A stretch of 64,000 bases of DNA from contig NIVC01000102.1 of assembly GCA_002269645.1 (NCBI GenBank), positions 205,950 through 269,949 on the forward strand. Reading direction: 5' to 3'. Made by a program: the position numbers and the translations under genes. Below the pieces are notes generated by a model. That model ran no database searches and was not told the origin of the DNA. It saw only the letters and a program-made list of their open reading frames with translations. Below are positions 24,982 through 36,141 of the stretch, piece after piece. Source of the stretch: Macrostomum lignano. Its lineage: Eukaryota. Positions within the stretch are counted from its first letter, which is position 1, and the number at the start of each line of letters is the position of its first letter.

Positions 24982-25531
24982 TAGGGATTGCAATCCCGGG
25001 ATCCCGGGATCCCGAAATCACGGGATGGGGCCTAAATCCCGGGATTGGGCCTAAATCCTGGGATTTTCAGTCCCGGGATTCGGGATCCCAAATCCCGGGA
25101 CTAATTTTTGTTAATATTTTTACAAAAAGTGCTGTAATATAAACATAATTAGGCCCACAACTAGTTTATTATACTGCGCTAATTTCCGTTAATTGCCTCA
25201 CGTCGCGTGGCACCTTTTTAAACCCCGCATCACAGATTTAAATGTGAAATTAATTCCAATTTAAATTTTGATATGATTTGCTTCTTTACTACTAATTAGT
25301 ACATTTATACTACTTACTTCAATAGGTCACAAGATAATGCTGTTTTCATCTACAAATAGATCATTATCTCTATAACAATAAAAAAAGTAAAGCAAAAAAG
25401 CGTTTAGCGCATATTTTGCCTTAAAATTTAAACCTAGAAGCATAACAATCTGTATTATTCTGATTGGCCAAATTCTGGGATTAAATCCCGGGATCCCGAG
25501 ATCACAAAAATCCGGGATTTTGCTATCCCTA
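24982..25531 (+). mobile_element. hAT-type MITE (550 bp)
   Basis: Termini TAGGGATTGC...GCTATCCCTA; 8-bp TSD CGGCCTGC at 24974-24981 and 25532-25539; subterminal ATCCCGGGAT repeats. Confidence 0.9.
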
Positions 25532-25544
25532 CGGCCTGCTAATT

Positions 25545-25834
25545 CAATGGCGGCGCAGTATCTCTGGTTACGGGGGAGTGGGCAGTAGTTAGGTGGTCAC
25601 CCCCCCTTCTAAGAAAGTAAAAAATTACGAACAAATTATGACACACTTCTTACAAAATGAATGTACAACATGAAATTTCTTATAAAAATGCATTTTTAAT
25701 CATTGATGCAAGTTGCATTACAGAGGGAGACTATCTGCCCTCCCTTCCTAGGGTCTTTTTGAGGGCCGTGGGGATGGTGGGGTGGTCACCCCCTGGCCCC
25801 CCCAGGCAGCTGCCCCCCTGCGCCGCCACCACTG
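25545..25834. mobile_element. Probable short MITE with CA(A/G)TGGCGGCGCAG termini
   Basis: caatggcggcgcag ... ctgcgccgccaccactg imperfect TIRs; flanks ctgctaatt / ctgctattt approximate a TSD. Confidence 0.55.
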
Positions 25835-25998
25835 CTGCTATTTCTGTTTCTACCTGAGCTTTTGTCAGTCATCGGTAAGAAAGATTCTTTAAGAGTAGGT
25901 TTATGTTAGGCATCGTGTTTGGGTTAGAGTTATAGGGCTAGGGTTTAGGACTTAAGTCAGTAAGTAGTAGGTGCTAGCCGTCTTCTGTTAGAGGGAGG

Positions 25999-26342
25999 TA
26001 GGGATTGCAAAATCCCGGATTTTTGTGATCCCGGGATTTAATCCCGGAATTTGGCCAATCAGAATTATACAGATTTTTATGCTTCTAGGTTAAAATTTTA
26101 AGGCAAAATATGCGCTAAACGCTTTTTTGCTTGCTTTTTGTATTGTTATAGAGATAATGATCTATTTGTAGATGAAAAATAGCATTTTCTTGTGACCTAT
26201 TGAAGTAAGTAGTATAAATGTACTAATTAGTAGTAAAGAAGCAAATCATATCAAAATTTAAATTGAAATTAATTTCACATTCAAATCTGTGATGCGGGGT
26301 TTAAAAAGGTGCCACACGACGTGAGGCAATTAACGGAAATTA
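25999..26342 (-). mobile_element. Truncated inverted copy of the 24982-25531 MITE
   Basis: Reverse complement of about 25180-25531 with scattered substitutions. Confidence 0.9.
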
Positions 26343-26784
26343 GGGGCTCCGATTAATTTGGTGGTTGTGCTCACAAAAGTTGCCAAGGAAGAATGGGTCA
26401 TAATAGTCATAATACGGGGCCAACTCATGCTTCTGTGCAGCCTGTGTGAGCGTGTGTATGAGCGCTTGTATAGTTTTGCTGAGGAGTCGGCGGAATGAGC
26501 AATATTTATTTATGCATACAGACAAACTATAAGTTTAGAAGAGAGGCAGAGTAGAGTGTACATTTAATGAACCCCAATAGCCGTAGTTTTTTTTAGATAG
26601 TTCACTTTACGATTCTAGATTATGTAAGTCTCAAACTTTGGCTAAATGTACATCTTGTGCTCTTATCTAGCAGTGGGGTGGTGGATTTCGCTGGCGCGGC
26701 GTTTTGTTTGATAATTGAACCCACGTTTTATCTATATTTTTCATGTCGCGCCTTAACTATCGATTATTACTTTAATTTTTCGCG

Positions 26785-28744
26785 ATGGCTTCTCTACAAT
26801 CTGACTTGGCCAATCAAGAAGGCTCTGCCGCCGATTCCTTTGAAGTCGCCGCCGCCGCGTCGAGCGATTGTCGCGTCAAGCTCAACCGACGCTCGCTGGG
26901 CGGCTTAGCCTTTGATGTTGAATTTATTGACGACAGCGGCCAGAGTAATAAAACTGATAATAGCGATGTTAAAAGTTCAGTTGGCGGCGGTAAAACGGCT
27001 GTTGACGCCAGTCCGAGTCGAAAGGCCCAGCAGCCGCCACAGTCGACTGCAGTCAGCGCCGATGAAATCGCCGAACGCCTGGCCGCGGCTGAGCTCCGTC
27101 GAGAGCAGCAGCTGGCCGAGCGAGTCGGCCGTCTGGAGACCAAGCTCAGTCATGTGACCGAAGTGGCCGAGCGACAGAAACGCGAAGTGGAAGCTCGAAC
27201 TGAGCAGAATTTGAAGTCTGTTGAGGAGACGCTGAAAGCTGCCGAAGAGCGCCGACTGGGAAGGATGGAGGCAAGTTAACGGTCTTGGATAAATGGTTCC
27301 ATGTGTACTTTTATTTTCTATGGTCGATTGCTTATAACTGCCGCCTGACTGGGGGGGGGGGGCAGCGACCTGACTGGGGGGGGGGCAGCGACCTGATGGT
27401 GGTGGGGGGCAGCGACCTGATGGTGGTGCGGGGGGGCAGCGACCTGACTGGGGGGGGGGCAGCGGCCTGATTGTGTTGGGGGGGGCAGCGACCTGATGGT
27501 GGTGCGGGGGGGGGGGCAGCGACCTGATGGTGGTGGGGAGGGGCAGCGACCTGATGGTGGTGGGGGGCAGCGACCTGATGGTGGTGGGGGGGGGCAGCGA
27601 CCTGATGGTGGTTGGGGGAGCAGTGGCCTGATGGTGGTGGGGGGACAGCGGCCTGATTGGGGGGGGGCAGCGACCTGATGGTGGTGGGGGGGGGCAGCGA
27701 CCTGATGCTGGTGGGGGGCAGCGACCTGATGGTGGTGGGGGGGGCAGCGACCTGATGGTGGTGGGGGGGGCAGCGACCTGATGGTGGTTGGGGGAGCAGT
27801 GGCCTGATGGTGGTGGGGGGACAGCGGCCTGATTGGGGGGGGGGCAGCGACCTGATGGTGGTGGGGGGGCAGCGACCTGATGCTGGTGGGGGGCAGCGAC
27901 CTGATGGGGTGGTGGTGGGGGGGCAGTGACCTGATGGTGGTGGGGGGGGGCAGCGACCTGATGCTGGTGGGGGGCAGCGACCTGATGGGGTGGTGGTGGG
28001 GGGGCAGCGACCTGATGGTGGTTGGGGAGCAGTGGCCTGATGGTGGTGGGGGGACAGCGGCCTGATTGGGGGGGGGGCAGCGACCTGATGGTGGTGGGGG
28101 GGGCAGCGACCTGATGCTGGTGGGGGGCAGCGACCTGATGGGGTGGTGGTGGGGGGCAGTGACCTGATGGTGGTGGGGGGGGGGCAGCGACCTGATGCTG
28201 GTGGGGGGGCAGCGACCTGATGGGGTGGTGGTGGGGGGGCAGCGACCTGATGGTGGTGGGGGGGCAGCGACCTGATGGTGGTGGGGGGCAGCGACCTGAT
28301 GGTGGTGGGGGGGGCAGCGACCTGATGGTGGTGCGGGGGGCAGCGACCTAATGGCGATAGGGGGCATTGAGGGGCAGCGACCTGAAAGCATGGAAAGGCC
28401 AGGTAGACGCGCACCCCGAATGCAATTAATGACACCAGCAACGTTATTATCATCAAGCCGATGCCCCAACCCAGGAGGTGAAGCAGCGAGCTCGCGGCCT
28501 GAGCGCCGGAGCCAAGGAGCGCAGCAAGGCGGTACGCGAGAAGCTGGAAGCGGAACGGCAGACGCTCGAAGCCGAGCTGGATCGCGACATTCGTGCCAAA
28601 GAGGCGAAACGCCGCGAACAAATCGAACGAATTGTGCAGGGCGCCCAGCAGCACCTGGCCAAGGTGGAGGGGGTGCGCAATCAGCGGCTGAGCACCGGGC
28701 CTGAGCAAGGCTGCGGCGACACGGCCGGAACGCAGTCAGAGTAG
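26785..28744 (+). CDS. Stathmin-family protein; exons 26785-27270 and 28475-28744 (about 251 aa), joined by a probable GC-AG intron
   Basis: VKLNRRSLGGLAFDVEF resembles stathmin VKELEKRASGQAFELIL; SADEIAERLAAAELRR and LKAAEERR resemble SLEEIQKKLEAAEERR; repeated coiled-coil units. Donor GAG|GCAAGT and acceptor cccag|GAG are both phase 0. Confidence 0.8.
27340..28385. repeat. G-rich minisatellite (gggcagcgacctgatggtggtgggg, about 24-28 bp) in the stathmin intron
   Basis: About 40 copies with variable G-runs. Confidence 0.95.
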
Positions 28745-29459
28745 CAGCCGACTGCCGTTTTTTGAAACGCTGATAATTAAAAAGTTCCGTTGGATTTTAT
28801 TTAGGTCAAAATTCTCTTTCTATACTACTTAGTTAATGCCAGTTATTCAGCGCTCATTATATCCTTTATTTTTTTCTATTATTTTCCTATTATTAGTATA
28901 CATTTTTTGCTATAGAAGTAGTGCTGTTTAGAAATCGCCAAAAAATAATTGCATTTTTCTATTTCTAGGATAAGTGAATAAGAATTCCTAATTTTTGTTT
29001 AAAATCTAGTTTTCATTAATAAGAAATTTTTGCATTTGTTTAAGTTTACCAGTTTAGTGTCAATATATAAAAATTGCATTAATCTACCAGTTTTCCTATA
29101 ATTAGTTTATACCCGTTGTCGCCTATATAGCTCATCATTTTCTCCTCTACATATAGGCATCAGTGTGCAATCTCAATTAGTCAACCCCAATGACTGTCAG
29201 TTGGACTGTCGCCAAATTTATAAACAAAACTTTTGTAACTCTAGGTGACCAATAAATCTTCCAGTGTGTGCGAGCCAGTTAACGAAGTTGTGTTCTGCTG
29301 AAAATTTGATTCAAAAATTTTGTTTCAATGCTCTTCAACCTAAGTTAGTTAATTTATTCAATGAAATACATCTATGAAACAATATTAACCAATTAAACCA
29401 GGCCATTAACATTTTAGAGAATTTTCTAGGGAATCACCCCTATTTAAAAACCCACAGAA

Positions 29460-30425
29460 ATTTCCCCTAAAGCCTTGATAAATCGCCCTATAAAACCCCC
29501 CACAGGGTCGTCCAAAAATCCCAATATAATTGCCACTAGAAGCCTCCTAAAATCGCCCCTAAACCCCACATACAATCGCCTCTAAAACCCTCCTAAAATC
29601 GCCCCTAAATCCCCATAGCATCGCCACTAAAACCCTCCCAAAATCGTCCCTAAACCCCCACGTACAATCGCCTCTAAAACCCCCCTAAAATCGCCCCTAA
29701 ATCCCCATATCATCGCCACTAAAACCCTCCCAAAATCGTCCCTAACCCCCCATACAATCGCCACTAAAACCCTCCTAAAATCGCCCCTAAATCCCCATAT
29801 CTTCGCCACTAAAACCCTCCTAACATCTCCTCTAAACCCCCACATACAATCGCCTCTAAAAACCCCCTAAAATCGCCCCTAAATCCCCATATCATTGCCA
29901 CTAAAACCCTCCTAAAATCGTCCCTAACCCCCCCATACAATCGCCACTAAAACCCTCCTAAAATCGCCCCTAACCCCCTAAACAATCGCCCCTAAAACCC
30001 TCCTAAAATCGCCCCTAAACCCCACCTACAATCGACACTAAAACCCTCCTAAAACCGCCCCTAAAACCCTCCTAAAACCGCCCCTAAAACCCTTCTAAAA
30101 TCGCCCCTAAACCCCACCTACAATCGCCACTAAAACCCTCCTAAAACCGCCCCTAAAACCCTCCTAAAACCGCCCCTAAAACCCTCCTAAAACCGCCCCT
30201 AAAACCCTCCTAAAATCGCCCCTAAACCCCACATACAATCGCCTCTAAAACCCTCATAGAATCGCCCCTAAAACCCTCCTAAAATCGCCCCTAAAATCCC
30301 CATCCATAAAATCGCCCCTAAAATCCCCATCCATAAAATCGCTCCTAAAACCCTCCTAAAATCGCCCCTAAAATCCCCATCCATAAAATCGCCCCTAAAA
30401 CCCTCCTAAAATCGCCCCTTAAACC
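29460..30425. repeat. C/A-rich minisatellite (aaaaccctcctaaaatcgcccct, 23-bp core) with higher-order units
   Basis: Tandem copies visible; many CCCTAA words. Confidence 0.92.
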
Positions 30426-30486
30426 ACAATATAAAAATCGCATTGAAAACTGGATATTACAATACCTGAGCGTTTTATTACATTGC

Positions 30487-33400
30487 ATGCAACTCCAAAG
30501 ATTCGCGCTCGCGCCCCTAAAGGCCTTGCAATGGACCAGTGGCTTCGCTGTCATCGGCAACAGAGGCAGCAGGCGCCTGTGCTCAATAGGAACCATTCTA
30601 GGCATTGAGACTAGCTGCGATGACACAGGCGTTGCCATGGTAACCACAGACGGTCGGATACTGGCCGAGACTGTCTATGGCCAGACTACTACCCACCTAG
30701 CAACTGGAGGCATTGTTCCAGCCACGGCTGCGCAGCTCCACGCTGCCAATATTAACCCCGCTATTAGCCAGGTGTTACACGAATCTGGCGTTGCCATGGA
30801 AACGGTCGACGCGGTCGCCGTTACTAATTGTCCAGGTATGGCGCCCTGTCTGAAAGTCGGCTTGGTGCACGCTAAGCGCCTGGCTCGGCGGTTTAATAAG
30901 CCGCTGATACCTGTGCATCACATGCGAGCTCACGCGCTCACAGCTTGCCTCACTGATGGGGTGCAGCTGCCCTTCCTAGCCTTGTTGCTAAGCGGCGGCC
31001 ACTCCCTGCTAGCGGTTGCTAGGGAAGTTGACGATTTCTACCTGGTTGGCAGAGGTTTGGACCAATCGCCAGGTGACACATTGGACAAGTGCGCTCGGTG
31101 AGTTTGGAACTGTGAGAATCGCCCTCAATGTAGCCATGAGAATCGCCATCAACTGTAGTCACGAGAATCGCCCTCGTAGCCATGAGAATCGCCCTCACTG
31201 TAGCCATGAGAATCGCCCTCACTGTAGCCATGAGAATCGCCCTCACTGTAGCCATGAGAATCGCCCTCGTAGCCATGAGAATCGCCCTCACTGTAGCCAT
31301 GAGAATCGCCCTCACTGTAGCCATGAGAATCGCCCTCGCTGTAGCCATGAGAATCGCCCTCACTGTAGCCATGAGAATCGCCCTCGTAGCCATGAGAATC
31401 GCCCTCACTGTAGCCATGAGAATCGCCCTCACTGTAGCCATGAGAATCGCCCTCACTGTAGCCATGAGAATCGCCCTCACTGTAGCCATGAGAATCGCCA
31501 TCACTGTAGGCATGAGAAGCACCGTCTCAGTGTAGCTAGCTGAGAATCGCCCCTAGAGAGTCGCCCCACAAACAGCCCTGAGAGTCGCCCTCACCTGCCA
31601 TCGCCATTCCCTTCCCGCAGCTACCTGCGTCTTAGTGAGCTGCCCGGTCTCGGCGATCTGCCCGGAGGTCGCGCCGTCGAGATCGTAGCCTCCCAAGGCG
31701 GCGACTCCCGCGCTTGGCCGCTGTCCGGCAGCAGCACTCGGTTTAACAAGTCCGACTGCAACTTCAGCTTCTCCGGATTGCAGTCTGCGTTTCGACAGCT
31801 GGCAAACAGGGTGCTTCTTGGCGACCCCATGCAGCTCTCTGAGCCGTTGCAGCATAACCATTTGGTTAGTCTCTGTTGTGCTTTGTTCCTGCAATGCCTT
31901 ATCGACATTGACACTCATTTCAGCTCCATCAAAACTCAATGCAGTCCCATCGACACTCATTCCAGCTCCATCGACACTCATTCCAGCTCCATCGACACTC
32001 ATTCCAGCTCCATCGACACTCATTCCAGCCCCATCGACACTCATTCCAGCCCCATCGACACTCATTCCAGTCCCATCGACACTCATTGCAGTCTCATCGA
32101 CACTCATTGCAGCCCCATCGATACTCATTCCAGCCCCATCGACACTCATTACAGCCCCATCGACACTCATTCCAGTCTCATCGACACTCATTCCAGTCTC
32201 ATCGACACTCATTGCAGTCTCATCGACACTCATTGCAGCCCCACTCGATCGACTCATTCCAGCCCCATCGACACTCATTACAGCCCCATCGACACTCATT
32301 CCAGTCTCATCGACACTCATTCCAGTCTCATCGACACTCATTGCAGTCTCATCGACACTCATTCCAGCCCCATCGACACTCATTACAGCCCCATCAAAAC
32401 TCATTCCAGCCCCATCGACACTCATTGCAGTCTCATCGACACTCATTCCAGCCCCATCGACACTCATTGCAGTCTCATCGACACTCATTCCAGCCCCATC
32501 GACACTCATTACAGCCCCATCAAAACTCATTCCAGCCCCATCGACACTCATTGCAGTCTCATCGACACTCATTCCAGCCCCATCGACACTCAATGCAGTC
32601 CCATCGACACTCATTCCAGCTCCATCGACACTCATTCCAGCTCCATCGACACTCATTCCAGCTCCATCGACACTCATTCCAGCCCCATCGACACTCATTC
32701 CAGTCCCATCGACACTCATTGCAGTCTCATCGACACTCATTGCAGCCCCATCGATACTCATTCCAGCCCCATCGACACTCATTACAGCCCCATCGACACT
32801 CATTCCAGTCTCATCGACACTCATTCCAGTCTCATCGACACTCATTGCAGTCTCATCGACACTCATTCCAGCCCCATCGGCACTCATTACAGCCCCATCG
32901 ACACTCATTCCAGTCTCATCGACACTCATTCCAGTCTCATCGACACTCATTGCAGTCTCATCGACACTCATTCCAGCCCCATCGACACTCATTACAGCCC
33001 CATCAAAACTCATTCCAGCCCCATCGACACTCATTGCAGTCTCATCGACACTCATTCCAGCCCCATCGACACTCATTGCAGTCTCATCGACACTCATTCC
33101 AGCCCCATCGACACTCATTGGAGTCCTATTGACACTCATTGTAGCTTGTCTAATTACTCGTAATTCGAGTTACTAATTAGCTAATTCTCTAAGTACGCTC
33201 GTACTTCTGTTTCAGGTTCGCCAGCACTACCCTCACCTCTGCGCCAGTCTTCAATACGCCCTGTGTCGAATGGTTGCCACCCGAACAGCTCGAGCCGTGA
33301 AATTCGCTCGCCGCACCGAGCTGCTCCCAGAATCCTTCCCCATCGTTGTCTCTGGCGGAGTGGCCGCCAACTCCGCCGTTCGTAGTTCGCTTCAAAGCCT

Positions 33401-33668
33401 CGCCAAGTTTTACGACTTGCCGTCGGCGGTTTTTCCGCCGGCGAGACTCTGCACCGACAATGGCGTCATGATTGCCTGGGCTGGTGCGCAGCTCTGGCGC
33501 CGCCGGCTTCACTGCGTGATGCCAAGGGATTTTGCTAGCGTCGATTTGGAGGCTCGCTGCCCTATTGGGGAAGATTTAACTGGCCTGGTGGCCAACTGGC
33601 ACATCCCGGTTGACAGGTTTAGCATTCTGACTGATCATCCAGTAGCTGAGTCTGGGACTGCTCAATAA
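30487..33668 (+). CDS. OSGEPL1: Mitochondrial tRNA N6-adenosine threonylcarbamoyltransferase (Kae1/TsaD/Qri7 family); exons 30487-31097, 31621-31864, 33216-33668 (about 435 aa)
   Basis: ILGIETSCDDTG, GGIVP, PLIPVHHMRAH, LLSGGHS, PGDTLDKCAR, FSFSGL, VVSGGVAANS and PPARLCTDNGVMIAWAG motifs; basic N-terminal presequence-like region; GT-AG introns of phase 2 and phase 0 join in frame. Confidence 0.93.
31113..31595. repeat. 24-bp minisatellite (cactgtagccatgagaatcgccct) in OSGEPL1 intron 1
   Basis: About 18 copies. Confidence 0.95.
31900..33135. repeat. 21-bp minisatellite (catcgacactcattccagccc) in OSGEPL1 intron 2
   Basis: About 58 copies; stop-free in several frames. Confidence 0.96.
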
Positions 33669-33714
33669 ATGAGTTCTTGTTGCACGGCGGTGTGCATCTA
33701 TCTCAGGTTTTGAG

Positions 33715-33870
33715 ATCCTCAGTTGCTGAGCCAGCCTCCCAGATCCTCAGTTTCTGAGCCAGCCGCGTAAATCCCCCAGTTGCTGTGTCAGCCTCCCAGA
33801 TCCTCAGTTGCTGGGCCAGCCTCAGATCCTCAGTTGCTGTGCCAGCCTCTCAGATCCTCAGTTCTAGGCT
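33715..33870. repeat. Short tandem repeat (cagatcctcagttgctgagccagcctc) just downstream of the OSGEPL1 stop
   Basis: About 5 degenerate copies. Confidence 0.8.
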
Positions 33871-35297
33871 AGCCTCCTGGGCCACTGCCATCCGCTTTGA
33901 TCCTCAGGCTGGCATGGCAATTTAAGTTTCCATCCTAATTTTTCAGCATTATGAGTGTCATTTTTATGGCTATATACATGTACTTTAAATGTAGCTAAAT
34001 TTCTTAAAATGAAAATCATGTACATGTAGAATCAGTTGTAGACATACCTGTTACATACATGTATTTCCATCAGCTTAATAAGTGGCTGCATTTGCCGAGC
34101 TGGTTAATTTTGCATTGAAGATATTCTTCGTCACGCATATATAAATCATACAATACGTGTATACGCGCTTCTCTATTTTTAAAATATATGTAAAAATAAA
34201 TGAGAAAATTTTTTCTTAACAACCATAACCATTATTATTCTATTCAACTTCATCTCGTATTAACCATATCGCTCCTTTAAGTTTTATTCCCTCCCAACTA
34301 GATTTATGCGAATGTGTTAGTTTCTAACGAAAATCCCAATGAACTGCTCCTAACATGTTTGTTCCTGTACGTGTACGTGCACATATACATGTATCTGGCA
34401 TGATCTATCTGTACGATTTGCAATGCAATAATCTGAATAGATTCAAATGTTAAACGAAAGTGTGCCTTACATTTATTACAGTGGAAAATGCAATCATAAA
34501 TCATTTGATTAATTCTGACATCTCAAATATAGAAACGTGTTTCTGCTTTCAGCAGTGCATTGCTAGCGTTAAAATTATTTACATCAGTTTTAGTTAAAAA
34601 GGCTTAGTAATTTATTGTATTACATTGCTTGTATTAAAAAAGTCTACTATACGCCTAGGCTAAATAGAACAGACAGTTTATAATTTTTGTTAGTATTCTT
34701 CGAACATTTTTAAATTATTAGTATTAGTCACAATTTCCACGAACCCGTTCAACCTCTTGTCGAAAAATCCATTTTTTGGCTTTACAGAGAAGCTAGTCCT
34801 ATACGAGTTTATAGTTGGCCATTTGCAATTGTATTAAAAATTATATTTGTCAATTTTGAAGTTCTTTTTAATTTTAGTTGTTTCTTTTCTTGGCTTTAAA
34901 CATTCATAGGCCTAATATACTAGAATAAGTCTAGTCTAAACATAATAAGTTCGAGTAGACTTAAATATATAGACAATTACTGCATTCGAGGAGTAGTATT
35001 GGAATAAATAGTATTTTTATTATAAAAATGACCTCGATACCGCGTTTTAATGTATCATCGCGCTACACAAGAACCAAAGAAGGTAAGGAGCTTCGGCTTA
35101 ATCCTTGACCTTGAATCATAATATGAAAATGGACTCCTTGTACTTCAAGCTTAAGATAAGACTGTAAAGTAGAAGTTTATATAGGCTGATTTTGATGTTT
35201 AGGAATTTTGATGATGCTTATTAAATTATAAAACTTTTTATTTAGCCTAAATCTATCTAGCACTAGGTCTAACATTAACTTGATACTAATATAGGCC

Positions 35298-36141
35298 AGT
35301 TCCTGGACACTTCGTCATCTTACTACTTCGTCATCCACTCATATTTCTAGACACTTCGTCATCTTACCACTTCGTCATCTACGATACTATTGTGGACACA
35401 TCGTCATCTACTCCCTGGACACTTCGTCATCCATTTTGTCTGAAAAACTTATTGAATAGCTATATGTAAATTCGTCAGCTAAGTTGTATTGAGTAGTCAT
35501 AAATATAGGTGGCTACACTGAGGATTAACTAACTGATTAACTAACTGATAATTAATGTGGATTAACTACGACGGGGAAGAGCTGGAAAAGAGAAGAGATC
35601 GCAATCAGTACAAAATTGAATTCTACTCGCGGTTTGAATACCATACAAAATCTTGGAATCATACAGCAAAACAAAAATAATAATAAATTGTAAATTTGCA
35701 TACTTGAATAGCAAAATTAAATACAACTTAAAAAATAAATAATAATAAATATTAAAAAATACACTATTCATAAACATAATTAAATCTACATCGTTACAAC
35801 TCCACACATGGTTGTGGAAGTGAAGCTATAATAAAATTACAATCAACACTTGTACACATACAGCGTGCATTTAGATGCCAATTATGGCAAGAAGTTGAGT
35901 CCCTAAATGTGTATTTAATCCTATATTTTATATACTATTGATTGAAAAACAATTTGCATGTATAAAAAAATTGAATAACAATTTTATAGCTTTGCAAAAT
36001 CTTGGGATGACAGTGTCCTCAAAAATTGGTCACTTTGTCATCTAGATTTCTAACATTTTTTGTATGACAAAGTGTCCAAAAATCATGGTCACTTCGTCAT
36101 CTGGATGACAAACTAGTAAGATGACAAAGTGTCCAAGAACC
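35298..36141. mobile_element. MULE/Mutator-type non-autonomous element (844 bp)
   Basis: TIRs agttcctggacacttcgtcatc / gatgacaaagtgtccaagaacc with subterminal acttcgtcatc repeats; 9-bp TSD ATATAGGCC at 35289-35297 and 36142-36150. Confidence 0.85.

Noticed and set aside
27318-28708. Pro/His-rich minus-strand ORFs (383 and 458 aa)
   Set aside because: Antisense read of the G-rich intron array and stathmin exon 2.
31553-33176. Long ORFs of 397-528 aa on both strands
   Set aside because: Translations of the 21-bp intronic minisatellite of OSGEPL1; open in many frames because the unit lacks stops.
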